Positions 14,841-27,900 of a DNA stretch of 64,000 bases are shown in pieces. Where the stretch lies: assembly GCA_964035545.1 (NCBI GenBank), contig OZ037765.1, forward strand, positions 18,476,995 through 18,540,994, read 5' to 3'. A program made the position numbers and the translations under genes. Position 1 is the first letter of the stretch. Each line of letters opens with the position of its first letter. The stretch comes from Bugula neritina. Taxonomy: Eukaryota; Animalia; Bryozoa. The notes under the pieces were generated by a model. That model was given only the letters and a program-made list of their open reading frames with translations, searched no databases and was not told where the DNA came from.

Positions 14841-16248
14841 AAACTGTAAATAAATAGTTATATGGAAGTTGTCTGGAAAAGTAGTCTTTTTCCCCATATC
14901 CTCAATTGGGTAACTGATAATTAAATTAATTTTCAGCAAAATTTTATCTGAACAGAAATTTAAAAAACTCATATTTTTAGAGTACCTCTGCGAGAGTGAC
15001 TCTGGCGGCACCAACATTGTAGCTTCGGTATTTAACCTTATGACCTGCTCATCTACCATCTCATTTTTTCCCACAGACCTTATGATAACAATAATTTCCA
15101 CTCAATTTATTAGCAATGGAGAAAGGAAGTTGCAGTGCATGTTGCTGACTACCATTTCATATTTGGACAACTACTGTTAACTTTGTGTGAACAGCCAAGT
15201 GTTCAATGGTGAAAACATTTTTTATATGTAGCTGTAAATTAATTGAATTATTATTTTGATATTGCTGTACATAGTCCTTTGTATTACATTGTATAGAAAT
15301 TTGTATGTATTTAAATAACATTTTTATCTCACAAACTGACAAATACACACAGTATCTTATTCTGTATAGTTACAACACAAACTGCAAAATATTTGACAAA
15401 AAGACATCTTTATTTATGAGTTGTAAAGCAATGTTGCAGAAATTCTACAACTACATACTTTAATTATATCATCTATAGCACAAAACAACAAATGGAATAA
15501 TTAAACAACCCTGTTGAGAGTGCCAGTCAAAGAGTAAAGCCTTAACGGTTTTATAAAAATTATTTGCAGCTTACTACAGAATTGATTACACTAATTATAA
15601 GGACAAATATTCAAATAAATTCTTTTGTCTACCAGTACATCATACACATTTGTAAAAATAAGTGCTGGACATTTTAGATTGTCAAAACATCGTATTAGAT
15701 TTGTAAAGGGCTCTAAGTAGTTTAAATATCTCCAGTAATCAAGGGACGACCATACTGAGTTGTACCCCTTTTCGTCAAATACTATAAAATTTGCACTGGC
15801 TAATTACACAGCTGACTGATTATTTAAATTTGTGAGTTGTATAGGATCTAAATGCACTAATTATTTGAATTTGGCAAGAAAGACCACGCCAATAAAAAAT
15901 TAAGCAAAAATATAGTACTATACGCAACCTCTACATAACTAGAACAATGGTAGAATATATATATTAAGCCATAGACTAGAAAAATGAAACATGATTTATC
16001 GGAATTGTAATAACAATATAAAGAACAACTAGTAAATAGAAATAGAAGAGTAATCAGCAGCAACCACAGATGACCATCACCAATCCTAGTCCTGGTTGAC
16101 ATAACAAGTGATTGGTGCTTGATATATGTAGTAGTCATTGGCTTGCATATAACCTTAATAGCAAGCTGTAATGCTAAATAACTAAGATATTTTTTGTATA
16201 TTACAGTTTTATTTCAACAGCTTATAGTAGGTTGTTGAACAATATATT

Positions 16249-19200
16249 TCACTTTCTGGTTTCTGAGGTTAGACTCAATCGTTGAAGGCCTCTGGGACTC
16301 AAGCTTGGTGACAAAGACTGGTCAGTAATGGAATCACGGGCATGTTCAGGAAACATAGGCTGTTCTGAAGCAGCTTTAGATTCTGAACTGTCCACTACAA
16401 ATTGTAATACGCTTGTTTCAAGAGACCAGTATATTCAAATCATTTGTATTTTACCTATGCATTCAAATAAAATACCAACTGCATGCTTATAACACATTAG
16501 CATTTCACCTTTATCATAAACAGTGAAATCATTTCAACTGATATGCTATGAGGTTATCATTTTTAAGAGATCCCATTTGACACGCAAAGGCAAAATTATA
16601 GCTAGCATTTCATACCTTCAGCTTCCATATCATACATTTTGTCATTATCCCACCAAAGCCGTTGCATCTCATGTCTTTTATTTCTCATCAAGTTCTTATA
16701 TTCTGATATACGAAGCTTTTTGCCATCGACGATACATGTTCTCTTTGGCCGAGGTCTATTAAAAAAGAATAGTGATTACTTTTGCAAATTGGATGGATTG
16801 TTTCAAATAGATATGAAATCAGTCCCAGTTTATCAGTATTATAATTAAAGTTAGGACTGCAGTGATAGCAATAATCAACTGCCAAGTGTAAAAACAACTG
16901 CAACTAATTGATAGTAATCAACTCTTCTTTGTTACTCAAGCTGTAATGTCAAAATCACCTGTATCTGTAATCAGGGTGATTCTCCATATGCTGCTTGCTC
17001 AGTCTGGACTGTTCTTCATAGTATGGCTGTTTATCAGCGTTGGTCATCTTCTTCCACTTAGCTCCTATAAACATGTAAAGTAGCATTGACTTAGTATGCA
17101 TTCAAATGCACACAAAATATTTCACACAAATTTATTTATATACCAGCAGGGAGAGACACGCTTGCGGTTCTCTTGGTTCAGGTCTACAAAGTTCACTGTA
17201 TGACATACTCATCTACTACTTCTTACTCACCCAATAGTTTGCTTATATTGGAGTTGTGCATGTCTGGACACTGTTTGAGAATAGCTCTCCGCTCTTCTCT
17301 AGCCCACACCATAAATGCATTCATAGGTCGTTTAATATGCGGCTTACCAGCATCTGATTTGTCTTTAGGTGATCGAATCATTTTTGCTGAAAAAGAATTA
17401 CAGTTAAGCTTTAATTGTACTGATTAATATTGTATTTCTTTCTGCTGTGGCATAATAATGTCAATGGTAAGATATGTACAGTAACGGAAAGGTTAAATAT
17501 TGTTTACTTCCATCGTATTGAGACACTAATAAATCATAATAAGTGATTTTATAAAATAATTTGATGAATTGAATATTTTTATAACATAATTTCTAAATAT
17601 ACTGTAAAAACAATAAGATAAGAGACTGTTGAAACAAGAACGACATTTTAACTTAATATAAATTCTTTTAACTTAATATATTTTCACATAAATCATAATT
17701 TAAGGTTACTAATTTCTGATGTTGTAGTCAATAATGATTTTTTTAATACCATGAGAATTTTAAATTAGCTGTTTCATATAAAAAACATCTTCCGAAAACA
17801 TGAATGATTGGTTAGACAATAAGCTCATTGAGAAGCTGTAGCACTTACCTTGAACTTCATCATCGCTGCTCACACTCTGGTGTCTTGTATTGTTCATCAT
17901 TTGTGGAGCATGCATTGGCATAGAAGGCATAGTTGGCATAGCCATAGATAGTGCAGCATGAGGCATTTGCATGTTTAATGCATCTTGCACCAATTTTTCC
18001 TACAAAAATAGTCATAATAAAAACTGATGTCATCTCAACAATGAATGTTAATTACATTTTTAGACAAGTGGTTGATATAGCAGCATTTAGTATAGTTAAG
18101 TGTGTGTCTGCACGCATAAGGTGTGTGTAATGTAAAATATATAGTGTATAGTATACAGTGTATAATACGTAGTGTATAATAATATATGTAATGAATATTT
18201 AGTGCATATGTGGCACATACATAAAAATTAAAGAGTTGAGATCTAGAGTAGAGGGTCAGTCATCACCTACAGGTGATACTCTTATAAAATATAAAGCAAA
18301 CACAATACTTTGACATCCTGTGATTAACATTCTACTGTTGAGAGAGTTGATGTCCAACCAGCTACTCATTGCTAGTTGCAGCACACAGTTAGCCTACTAT
18401 TTATTAAAACAACATATTAGCAAGTTAGAGAAATGCAGTTAGACATTTACCTTGTCTATCATGTTGCCGGATGTTGAAGCCATTGATGCTGCCATAGGTA
18501 AAGACAGGTGCAGGCCAGGAAATCCAGGCAGAAAGTTGGTGGCTCCTGGCAAGAATTGAGCCATAGATGCTTGGATGCCGGAGGCAGCCATGGCTAAGTT
18601 AGTGGATAGCTGAGTGGGCAAGGAGGTCTGTGGCATAGGAGCTTGTCTCATCAAGTGAGAATTTGTCAATTCTGCAACAACAAATGTTAACTTATATTTG
18701 GGATAAATATGCCTGCCTGGGATTGTCCCCTCTTATCTCAACTGAACTGTCTAGGGAAAGACAACATCTCCTTTAGATAGCAGCAGAATAATAATGTGTG
18801 GTAAGAAAATTCTATGCGCATTGTAATTGCTGACTTAGTAATGTACAATTTTCATAGGCATTAGACTAATGGAATTCTAGAAAAATTGATTTCTATTAAT
18901 TTCAAAGCCGTAAAGATTTAGCCCCAAGATGATACGGCCAACACCATAGCATTGTAGTAAAGGAAATCCCTGGAGTCTAGCTAGAGTTGGTTCAAAGACA
19001 ATCAGCAGTCAAACACTGGAATCAATAACTCAGTTAGAAACAAAAACAAATTATGCTTTTGATTATAACATGGCAAAGGAGACATTAGAATAACAAAGGC
19101 AATCCTTGAGCATTATAAGCTTAAACTGTTTTGAATTTAAATGACATACTTTCTCTGGTATATGGTCTACAGATTTTATAATTTCATCAGTTGAAATGTT

Positions 19201-22200
19201 TACCTGTTTTCTGGTTGTTAGTGAATCTTTTAGATTCTAATTGGTCGTTATATGCTTGTAGAGAGCTAACATGTTTGTCAGCTTTTGTCCTCGGCTTACT
19301 TAGGTTCAGTGGTGCACTGTGACCTCCTTCAAGAACAAATCAACACATGGAATTATATATTCATTCAACTTGGAGCTCTGCTTGTACATCATCAGCGCTC
19401 ATTACATAATATTATATAATACTTTTACACAGCGGCAGTTACAGTTCAGATATCTGTTAAATTGTAGTAATGTTAGTAAATCTGTATTTTAGTGTAATAA
19501 TAAACAACTTCTGCCCAGCACATGTTACCGGAAGTCAAATTTATTACTGTTATGTGTAAACCTGCAATGTATGGAGCTATAATAGATAGCACCGTTGCGT
19601 AATAAGATGCACCTTTTATAATGCTTTTGTATAAGACAATCTATTGATAGAAAAGTGTTCCCTACAGATGAACGCACAAGCATGGTTTCTGACTTTTGAA
19701 TAATCATTAAACACCCAACAATTGTTATTAGGGGATACAGGACCCATCGGTAGGTTAGGATACCATCTAAAGAACTGATTGTAGGTTATGCCATCTAGAA
19801 ATTGTGGTAAACAATGTGAATTGGTAACCATTAATAACAGCCATTGCAAAGTTAAATATATTATAAGCACTCTAACAACCTTATACATTCAAATTCTTAA
19901 AAAAAAGGCTATCAGACCCGAAATCATAGAGCTTACTGAGTCTCTTCCATTGCAGCTTGTAAATATGCATATTGATTATATATTTTATTTTACCTGCAAC
20001 TATAAACTTGTACTATTTTTTTCAAGAACATAATATAAAGCTTAAAAACTGTTATATGATAATTGGTATTTTTCTGAAGAGTTTAGACTACATTGTTGTG
20101 CTAGTTCAACATTAAAGTATTGCCGACATAATATGTAAAACCAAAAGATTAGTTCAGCATTCAAATTGGAATATTAAATTTTTAGCATTATTTGTTATCT
20201 ATTTTACTGAAGAATGATTTGGCAATGAACTAACCACCTGGACACACTCTGCTAGACTTAGTGCCTAGTATTACACCTCATAGGAGAATGGGTTGTGTAT
20301 AGTTGAGGAGTTGTCAGATCTGTAACTGAAGCCTTCACTTTCTATGACAAGTTTATGCAATAATTGAAGTGATTTATTGGCAGCCTAGGATCAATGAAAA
20401 ATGTTTCAGCACACTTGAGTTCTTCATGTGAAAAAGCTATTTTCAGGCTCACTATACAAGGTGTGGTCGTGGAATGGTGGCAAGCTACTGTAAAAATTAT
20501 TCATGTAACATAATTTAAACAACAATTGCTTATAACTCGGATACCTGAGTTAATTCTTGAGATACGTTTACTTTTAACATTACATTAACATCTACTAACC
20601 AGGCTCACAAGTTCCATCGCTGTTTGGGCTGGTCGTGCCACTTCTGCAGTTATCCTCACCAGCTAAAAAATACAAACTAAATGTAAAAAACTGGTTGATT
20701 TACAATTTCATTTTTATTAATTTCATATGTAGGTGTTACAAAGCTTTGCATTGTATTTCATCCAGTCATATGCAACTTGAGAGCCTGATAATAATTGAAA
20801 CAAGTACTTGCGTAATCTTAAGAATGTAGGCATAATATGGCAGAATTCTTCACAATTGATATTCAGCTAGCAGTAAATTAAGGAAGCTTTTGTTAGGGAC
20901 TGCATTGTAATGGCCATTGTAGCTTCAGGCTTCTTAAACCTATTCTGTATGGCTATTGATCCATCGCACACATTCAATTGAAAAGTGCTGTACCAACTCC
21001 TCTTACATGCAATGCATAGTCAGCTAGGCAAACTCACCATTGTTATTGCTCGCTTTTTTTAGCTGGTTGTCTCGTGACTCATCCGAGTTCTAAAACAATG
21101 ATAAATGACATGACATGAAGAGATGGTTAGGCATTTGAAGCATCACCCAGTAAGTGAAAAGTGAAGAGAAAGAGAGAGGCAGCTTATTGTTTATCCTGTT
21201 GAGAATGGCATCCAGAAACTAAACAAAGTAGAGTGTATTAGAAGGCTTTGTTTGTGATAGATATAACAGCTACTATTATTATATAGCTGCCACTATGTCC
21301 TACTGTGCAGTAAGCAGCAGTGATGTAATGATCTAATAAGAAAGCAACTAGTAAATACTTATATTAACAAATTATCTGATTATAAGTGAGGTGGGAGCTA
21401 GCAGAGTCGTACAACAACTGAATGGTATGGACTAGTACGGGCTGAATCCGGTTGCCACCTAATTACTGAATATGGAGCTACAACACCATCAAACCACCGC
21501 AGCTTTTCAAACAACCTCAGCAGTAATTAAGAGTCCAGAGTTAAATGTGGTATATAAAAATATACGATGTTTTTGAAGCTTAAAAACTTGCTAAATTGCC
21601 ATTCCAATAGCTTTTTGATCTCTTATTGGCACACTTTATTGAGCATTGTTGGTTGCTGGTAGCATAACATTTCACACTCAGCTACAATGGCAAGGGTAGA
21701 GTGACTAACTGCTATCTGTACAAATAAAAGAGAACAAATAATATTGTGCCCGGTTTGAACCCAAATGAAAGCAATGGTGCAGGACAGAGTCACCTTGTAC
21801 AGAAGAGAAGCACATGGGTGGAGTGTGGCAGCCCCAGACTACATTGATGGCTACAACATTTGGAAATTCATGCATTCAGTGATAAGTCAACAGTCATCAG
21901 TCATGCCAAAATGATGATATTGAGCAAGTTGCTCCATTATTATTAGTTTGGCAGGATATCTAACAACCAGTATTGTTTTGACCAAGACTGAGAACCTTGA
22001 AAGCGTTGAATCTAGTATGATTATAGTCACCCACCCTTACACAAACTAAATGTGTCATTCAACAGCAATCTGGCGAGATGCTAAAATAGCAACATCTGGA
22101 CTATGATTTGACAGATCCCATTGTTTTTGTTGAAACCAAATGATAATTTGACTAGTCTTACTAGAGAATAGAGCGAAGCACAATTCCATTATTTTATAAT

Positions 22201-22807
22201 GGTGATATTTTTGTCATTGTTTTAGACATTAGCTTTATAGTAGTCTATTTAGAAGAATATGCCCCAGAGTCAAACTGAAGTAAGGCACCAGTGAATTGAC
22301 ATTTAGTAAGCTAACACCAATGCTGAGCAGTAAAAGCTAATTTGATAATGAATGAGTGAATGATTCACAAGACATTAAAATGGCTGAGCGGTAGCACACA
22401 AAATTTCACAGATAATAATGAAGCCAAGTAACGGAAACTTCGACTATTACCTCATTCCGTACCAGATTCTTGGATAGATGCTGGAGACTAGTTATGATCT
22501 CACTGAGGATACGCTGCTTCTCCGTGACGCTGTCGCCACTGTTGAGCACAGTCTTTTCTACTATATTTCGAACATCCTCCAAAGGGAAGGAGGCTACACT
22601 TTTCTCAATCATGGAAAGAGATGTTTGGTTATCTTGGCTACAGTCATTGACTGAGCTGCGTTTAGAGTTAATATCAACAGATATGGGTTCTTGGTCACCA
22701 TAAGTCGAAGTGAAGTCAGGCCGAATGGAGCCATCGTCTATATTATTCAATTTAGGCATGGTGGGTGAGAGCTTGGTGGGCACGTTCTTCCTTTTAGATG
22801 AGGACAT
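16249..22807 (-). CDS. SoxD: SoxD-group HMG-box transcription factor (Sox5/6/13-like). Exons include ~22451-22807, 21038-21089, 20600-20662, ~20452-20486, 20277-20341, ~19204-19316, 18450-18672, 17849-17999, 17231-17387, 16960-17064, 16616-16755, 16249-16394
   Basis: Contains MSSSKRK at the start, a coiled coil ([15 protein letters not shown]), PLNLSKP, and the HMG box [93 protein letters not shown], whose tail is diagnostic of SoxD. The middle exons are less certain. Confidence 0.95.
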
Positions 22808-24675
22808 ATCACTGAAAGAAAATTGTATTAGACAAACACTAGGATTAATGATTAAGATGCAGAAAAACTAAGTGCAATATGAATACTTACAATGAGCGAT
22901 AAATTGACTGACAATGCCTGGTGTCAGGCAATTAGGAAACTATTAGAAGATAAAATAATGTTGAAGGTGATATTAATTGTATCCGAGCAGTGAGTTTGCA
23001 GCAGCAGAGCTCAATGATGCTAGATTACAAGTTTGTGTTAACCAGAACAAAGCAACTGTATCTTAATAATGAACACTTAAAACAAGAGATAAGATTTCAA
23101 TAAATTATACATGATATTAGCAGCTTATCCAAACAAGCAAGCAATTACTTTATCATTGAACAAAAGAGTAGAGACAACTTGGGCTGCTGCTAGCCTATTG
23201 TACATTAGTAATCGATATAAATAACAATGAATAGAGACCTGTATATAGAACAATAGGCATTCTAATACAGTATACAAATCTAAGGAATCCACACGTAACA
23301 AATACAAAAATCAATGCATCTCTTTTAGTCTTGTATAGATTGCTGTTGTCATGTTATAAAGGAATCACAATACTGACATTATTGTTGTATTGACTACAAT
23401 ATAATATGGCATACAAGCTGTTGGCACTCTATCAACAATACAATTGTGTTTCAAAAAGAAGGCATTAATGTGTACTGAGGATACAGATGGCACTGCCTAG
23501 AGCTCCATAGATTGTAACCTTACCTGCCTTGCGTACCATCAAGACTATATATAGAAATACAAAGACTAAAGCCACAATATATTGTAAATAGTTTCTCTAA
23601 ATGAAATACTAACTACCCAGTAACAAGTGATCTACAAAAACAACATCAAGCATGGAGAGAAATAAGATACTAAAATTTCACTTAAGGCTGTAAATTTGGA
23701 GTGGAATGAAATTACATACACTATTATCAGCTTTCACTTTATTTGTCTCCCTTTACATTCCAACAGAAATATCTTCTTAAATACCAAAAAACTTTTCAAT
23801 TTTACAATTGTGCGAATACTAAGAGAAGAAAAAACAAAAACAATAAAAGCTCCAAAACAGCCTCATTTACAAGAGGAAAGTTTGTTCATTAAACTAAATT
23901 TACTGAAATAGTCAAGTGTTTACCTGAAAAATGGCAAATCTGTAGCTATCCAACAGAGTATACATAGTCATAAGATATAAACTTATAATATGAAGACCTA
24001 ATATGAATGCTTCTTTTTTCAACAAAACAAAGCAGCACTTCAGCTTTCAACAATAGCCACTAATATATCAATGATCAGAGCCGAGCAGAGGCAACCGAGT
24101 GATTGTGAAAAGAAAACATGACTGTCTTGACACAAAAGACTGCTCCATTTGATTACAAATGTTAATAACACAACCTCACAGCATAGTGTACTGTATACTG
24201 ATCAATATATGCATATTATTATTATGCGCGTGATAATAATTGTATGAAAGACAATAGCCTGAATTAGCTTAGTCCCAAACGATAGAGGGAGAGAATAAGA
24301 TTGTATAGCAAATCAATGGGGATTGTTATTAGTGGAGTTTGTATTGGTTGACTTGACTAATAAGATAGAGCAAGCCATTATTACAGATTTAGTTAGCTAT
24401 GTATAGACAATAGTATTGTATAAGATGTTAATTTACTTTGAAGCCTGTTCACTCACGCTCAGTCCAATGACCATAGCACCATAGCCATGGGATAGCTAAA
24501 TATAAATGTTATTCTGTAACTAGTATAGTGTTGACAATAATTAAATTTACTAAATTTTCACCCAAGTAAATATCTATCAACTTTCAATAAGTAAAGAGTA
24601 AAGACTCAAAAGAAACTAAATATAAAATAGTTTACAATCACAAGTAGAAGTTAGCGTTACTGTTAGTTAGCTCAC

Positions 24676-24990
24676 CAAAGAGTGGGATATGGGATCCAAT
24701 GCAAGCGCATGTTTACACTTTTTGTCACGGGAAATTGTGAAGCTAAAAATAAAAGTTGAAAACACCACAGTTCTTCGTCTGGCTAAACTCTCCCTTTCTC
24801 TCGATTGCTACGCTGCGTTGGTACGATTCATCGGAGTTGGGCTGTTGCCTTCACTGTATGTACAGCCAGCTACTAATGACCTTATATTGTTGATGATGCA
24901 TTACTAACCGAGAGCGTTTTTTGTGTTGTGAGGTCGGCAAGTGGTTAGGAGGTCAAATGTCACAATGAGAAACAATCAAAGGAATGCCAA
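24676..24990 (-). promoter_or_regulatory. Candidate proximal SoxD promoter and non-coding first exon
   Basis: CpG-richer segment ending in a minus-strand donor GTGAGC at ~24675. Upstream are AGGTCA, AACAAT and ATCAAAG motifs. Confidence 0.35.
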
Positions 24991-27900
24991 ATAAATCAAC
25001 ATTATTGTACAACATTAGCAGGGCTACCAGTCACGGACATCAAACGCTGTAGATTGCAGTGTGGAGCTTCTATTAGTTGACTGTATTTTTAGGTGCACAC
25101 AATCAACTTCTCAGTTTCTCAATCAACAAATTAATAGCAGAATAAGTTGATTCAGCTCTTAAACAACTAGACTAATTAAATTTGATCAGAATAGTACACT
25201 ATCTTACTGAATTGCAATCTACTGACAAGAAAGCACAAATAAACCAGCTGACTGTCACTAAAATCATGAGCTTGTTCAATCCCAAGTGCAAAATTTAAAA
25301 CCTTCATAAATCATAATGATTACAAAAGAGTCAGTTGAAGTAAAATCAACTAGCTAGGAATTGTTCTCTTTTCAATTACCTAATATTATCGATAGTTGTT
25401 GGTAGAGTTTGTACCGAAGAGCTTGCAAAAACCTATGCTGTATTATATTCATCCTCCAGGATGTAGCAAGTTTTAGTGGAATATAAATCTAGTTACTTTT
25501 TTATGCCTTGCAAAAACTTCTAGTGCTGTTCACTAACTGCCTTTCCCTATTTTTTGCTCACTTCAACACCAATGCCGGCTACAAAATTGTGTTAGTTGTG
25601 TAATGGAACTTTTTACAACAATGTAAGTAAAGTATTATCACATGTGTATTATATTATACATAGTATAAAAATGCAATAGTTGATATATTATTTTCTTTTC
25701 ACATTATATGGGAACTTTGCCAAGATACATTTTCTAATGACAGTTTTAAAATTTTGGTTGTATTCCAAAGTCAGACAACTCCTTTTGCAAGACTGTATTT
25801 TAGCCAATCTCGAAACTAGTAACCTAATAACTTGCCAAGTAGAATTTCCTGCTTTGTACAACTTTAGTTGAGATAATAAATGTTATTAGAAAAGTTAAAA
25901 AATTACATTACACGCAGAAAAACTCATCTGGGGCTAAAAAGCATATAATATTACTTATATAACATATAGTAATATTTGCATACAGATAGATACAGATAAA
26001 ACATACAGTGTGGAAACATTGATAAAGTCAAGATTTGGTATACATTTTAATATTTTAAACTTGTGTTACCTTTATTAAAACATTTGGATATTATTCCTAA
26101 CAAGATTGTATTAGCTTTGGGAGTATAGGCAGAGTTTTTCAGCAGAATTCCAGGAAATAATTTCATGTACGAAGTTTAAGTGTAAGTGTAGGTGTTCCTG
26201 GTAAGTGAAATATGCTCATATACAAATTATATGTCATTGTTTCAACATGTGTAGTAAGGGCAATAGAAAGAGAGGACAGGTGATTGAATGCATCGCCACT
26301 AAAATACTCTTTCAATAAACCAAAAGGTTTGAAAAAAGACATTAGCATTGTTGAATATAAAAGATTTTTGTACATTCGTACTCATCAGTTACTTTAATTA
26401 TGCTATGGGCAGCCCACATTTTTAGCCTAAGGGCTTTTTTAAATTAAAGTTTGATAAAAAAAATCACTATAGCATTTAATGAACAAATCAAAACCAAAGA
26501 ACTATCACTTGTTTCTCAGACTACTGATTCTCATTGCACGATTTTTCAAGACGTTACATTCAGATCAAAATTTTATGAGTCAAATATTTATAGAAATAAA
26601 TAAATAGAACTCATGTTTTTCCAAATATTGCAATCATTGTTTCGTTAACTACTAATTGTGCAAACTCAATTACTCAATTATTTTTTAATAAGAGAGCTCT
26701 TTCTTTGAAACCTATTCCGATTAAAAACACATACAATTTTTTCCAACTCAGCTAGTCAAAAAAAGTGCAACATGCAGCAACCTAAAAGCTGCATGTAGCC
26801 CTGGCTTAATTAGACAACACTATCTGGCCTTCTATATTTTATTAGTTACAAACAAATTTATTAAAAATTAAATTAAAAATAAGTTACTCAAATATTCCTT
26901 TACAAATCCTAGTATAATAAGTTTGTAAATTTGTAAGACAAATAAACCTACTTACTACCAAAACTGTTTAAGAAGCCAAATTCCCAATAAATCCTCAATT
27001 AGATGTGGATATTACAGTCCAGTAAGAGAGATAACAACCACTACAGCAGCGTTCTGATGAAACAGCAGAGCATACTGAGCTTACAGTATCAGCAGACTAC
27101 GTAATCATGTAAAAAGATGTACATTGTTAGGAAAGTATTTATAGCACTACTAACTGAACAATGATGATGCCTAAGTAATTATGTAATAGAAAGCATTGTG
27201 ATAATAAAACTCAGCTATTTGATAGTGCGAATGTTTGAAGGTAATTTGCCTAGTACCAGAGTAATAGAATAAATGGCATTGTCTGCCTCTAGATCACATA
27301 TATAAACTAGATTATAATGGCTCTCAGTGCTAATGCATTGCAGCTTACCTTTACAAAAAGCATGCAGAAAAGACTATTTTACAAGACGAGTATTGTAAGT
27401 TTTCCTAGTTGCTGCAATCGAGGCGATTCTGTTCCAAGTAGTGCTGCAAGAGTAGAGCTGTGTGGAGGTTATGTGCTAGCTATTCACAATAGGACGACAT
27501 TCATTTGAACCTATACAACATGGATAATAATAGGCCTTTGTTGCATGGTTAGCTATTGCGCAAGAAATAAAAGATTTAATAGAATTGTGTGGAATTAAAA
27601 TCAAATAACAATGGCACCTACAATGAAGCAAATAAGTGAGAATATGAATTAGAAAAACAACCTAATCTTTCCAGATCACAATAGGGCTATGATTAAAAAC
27701 CATAGTAATGAAGGACTACTTCACAAATCAGCCATTGTTCGGGAGAAGAATGATTTTTTACTGCAATAAAAGCATTACGTGACATTCTATACAAGCATTC
27801 TATTGTTGGGTGGCCAAATTTCATGAAATGAATGTTTTCATTATTATCTCAATTCAGGTATTTATTGTATGAGAGTTCAAGAGCAGCAGCTGTCGCTATA

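Noticed and set aside
14676-15101. 141-aa minus-strand ORF and other antisense ORFs (e.g. 17173..17427, 22470..22703, 55711..55932, 56801..57007)
   Set aside because: They are shadows of real exons on the opposite strand, with no motifs or splice support.
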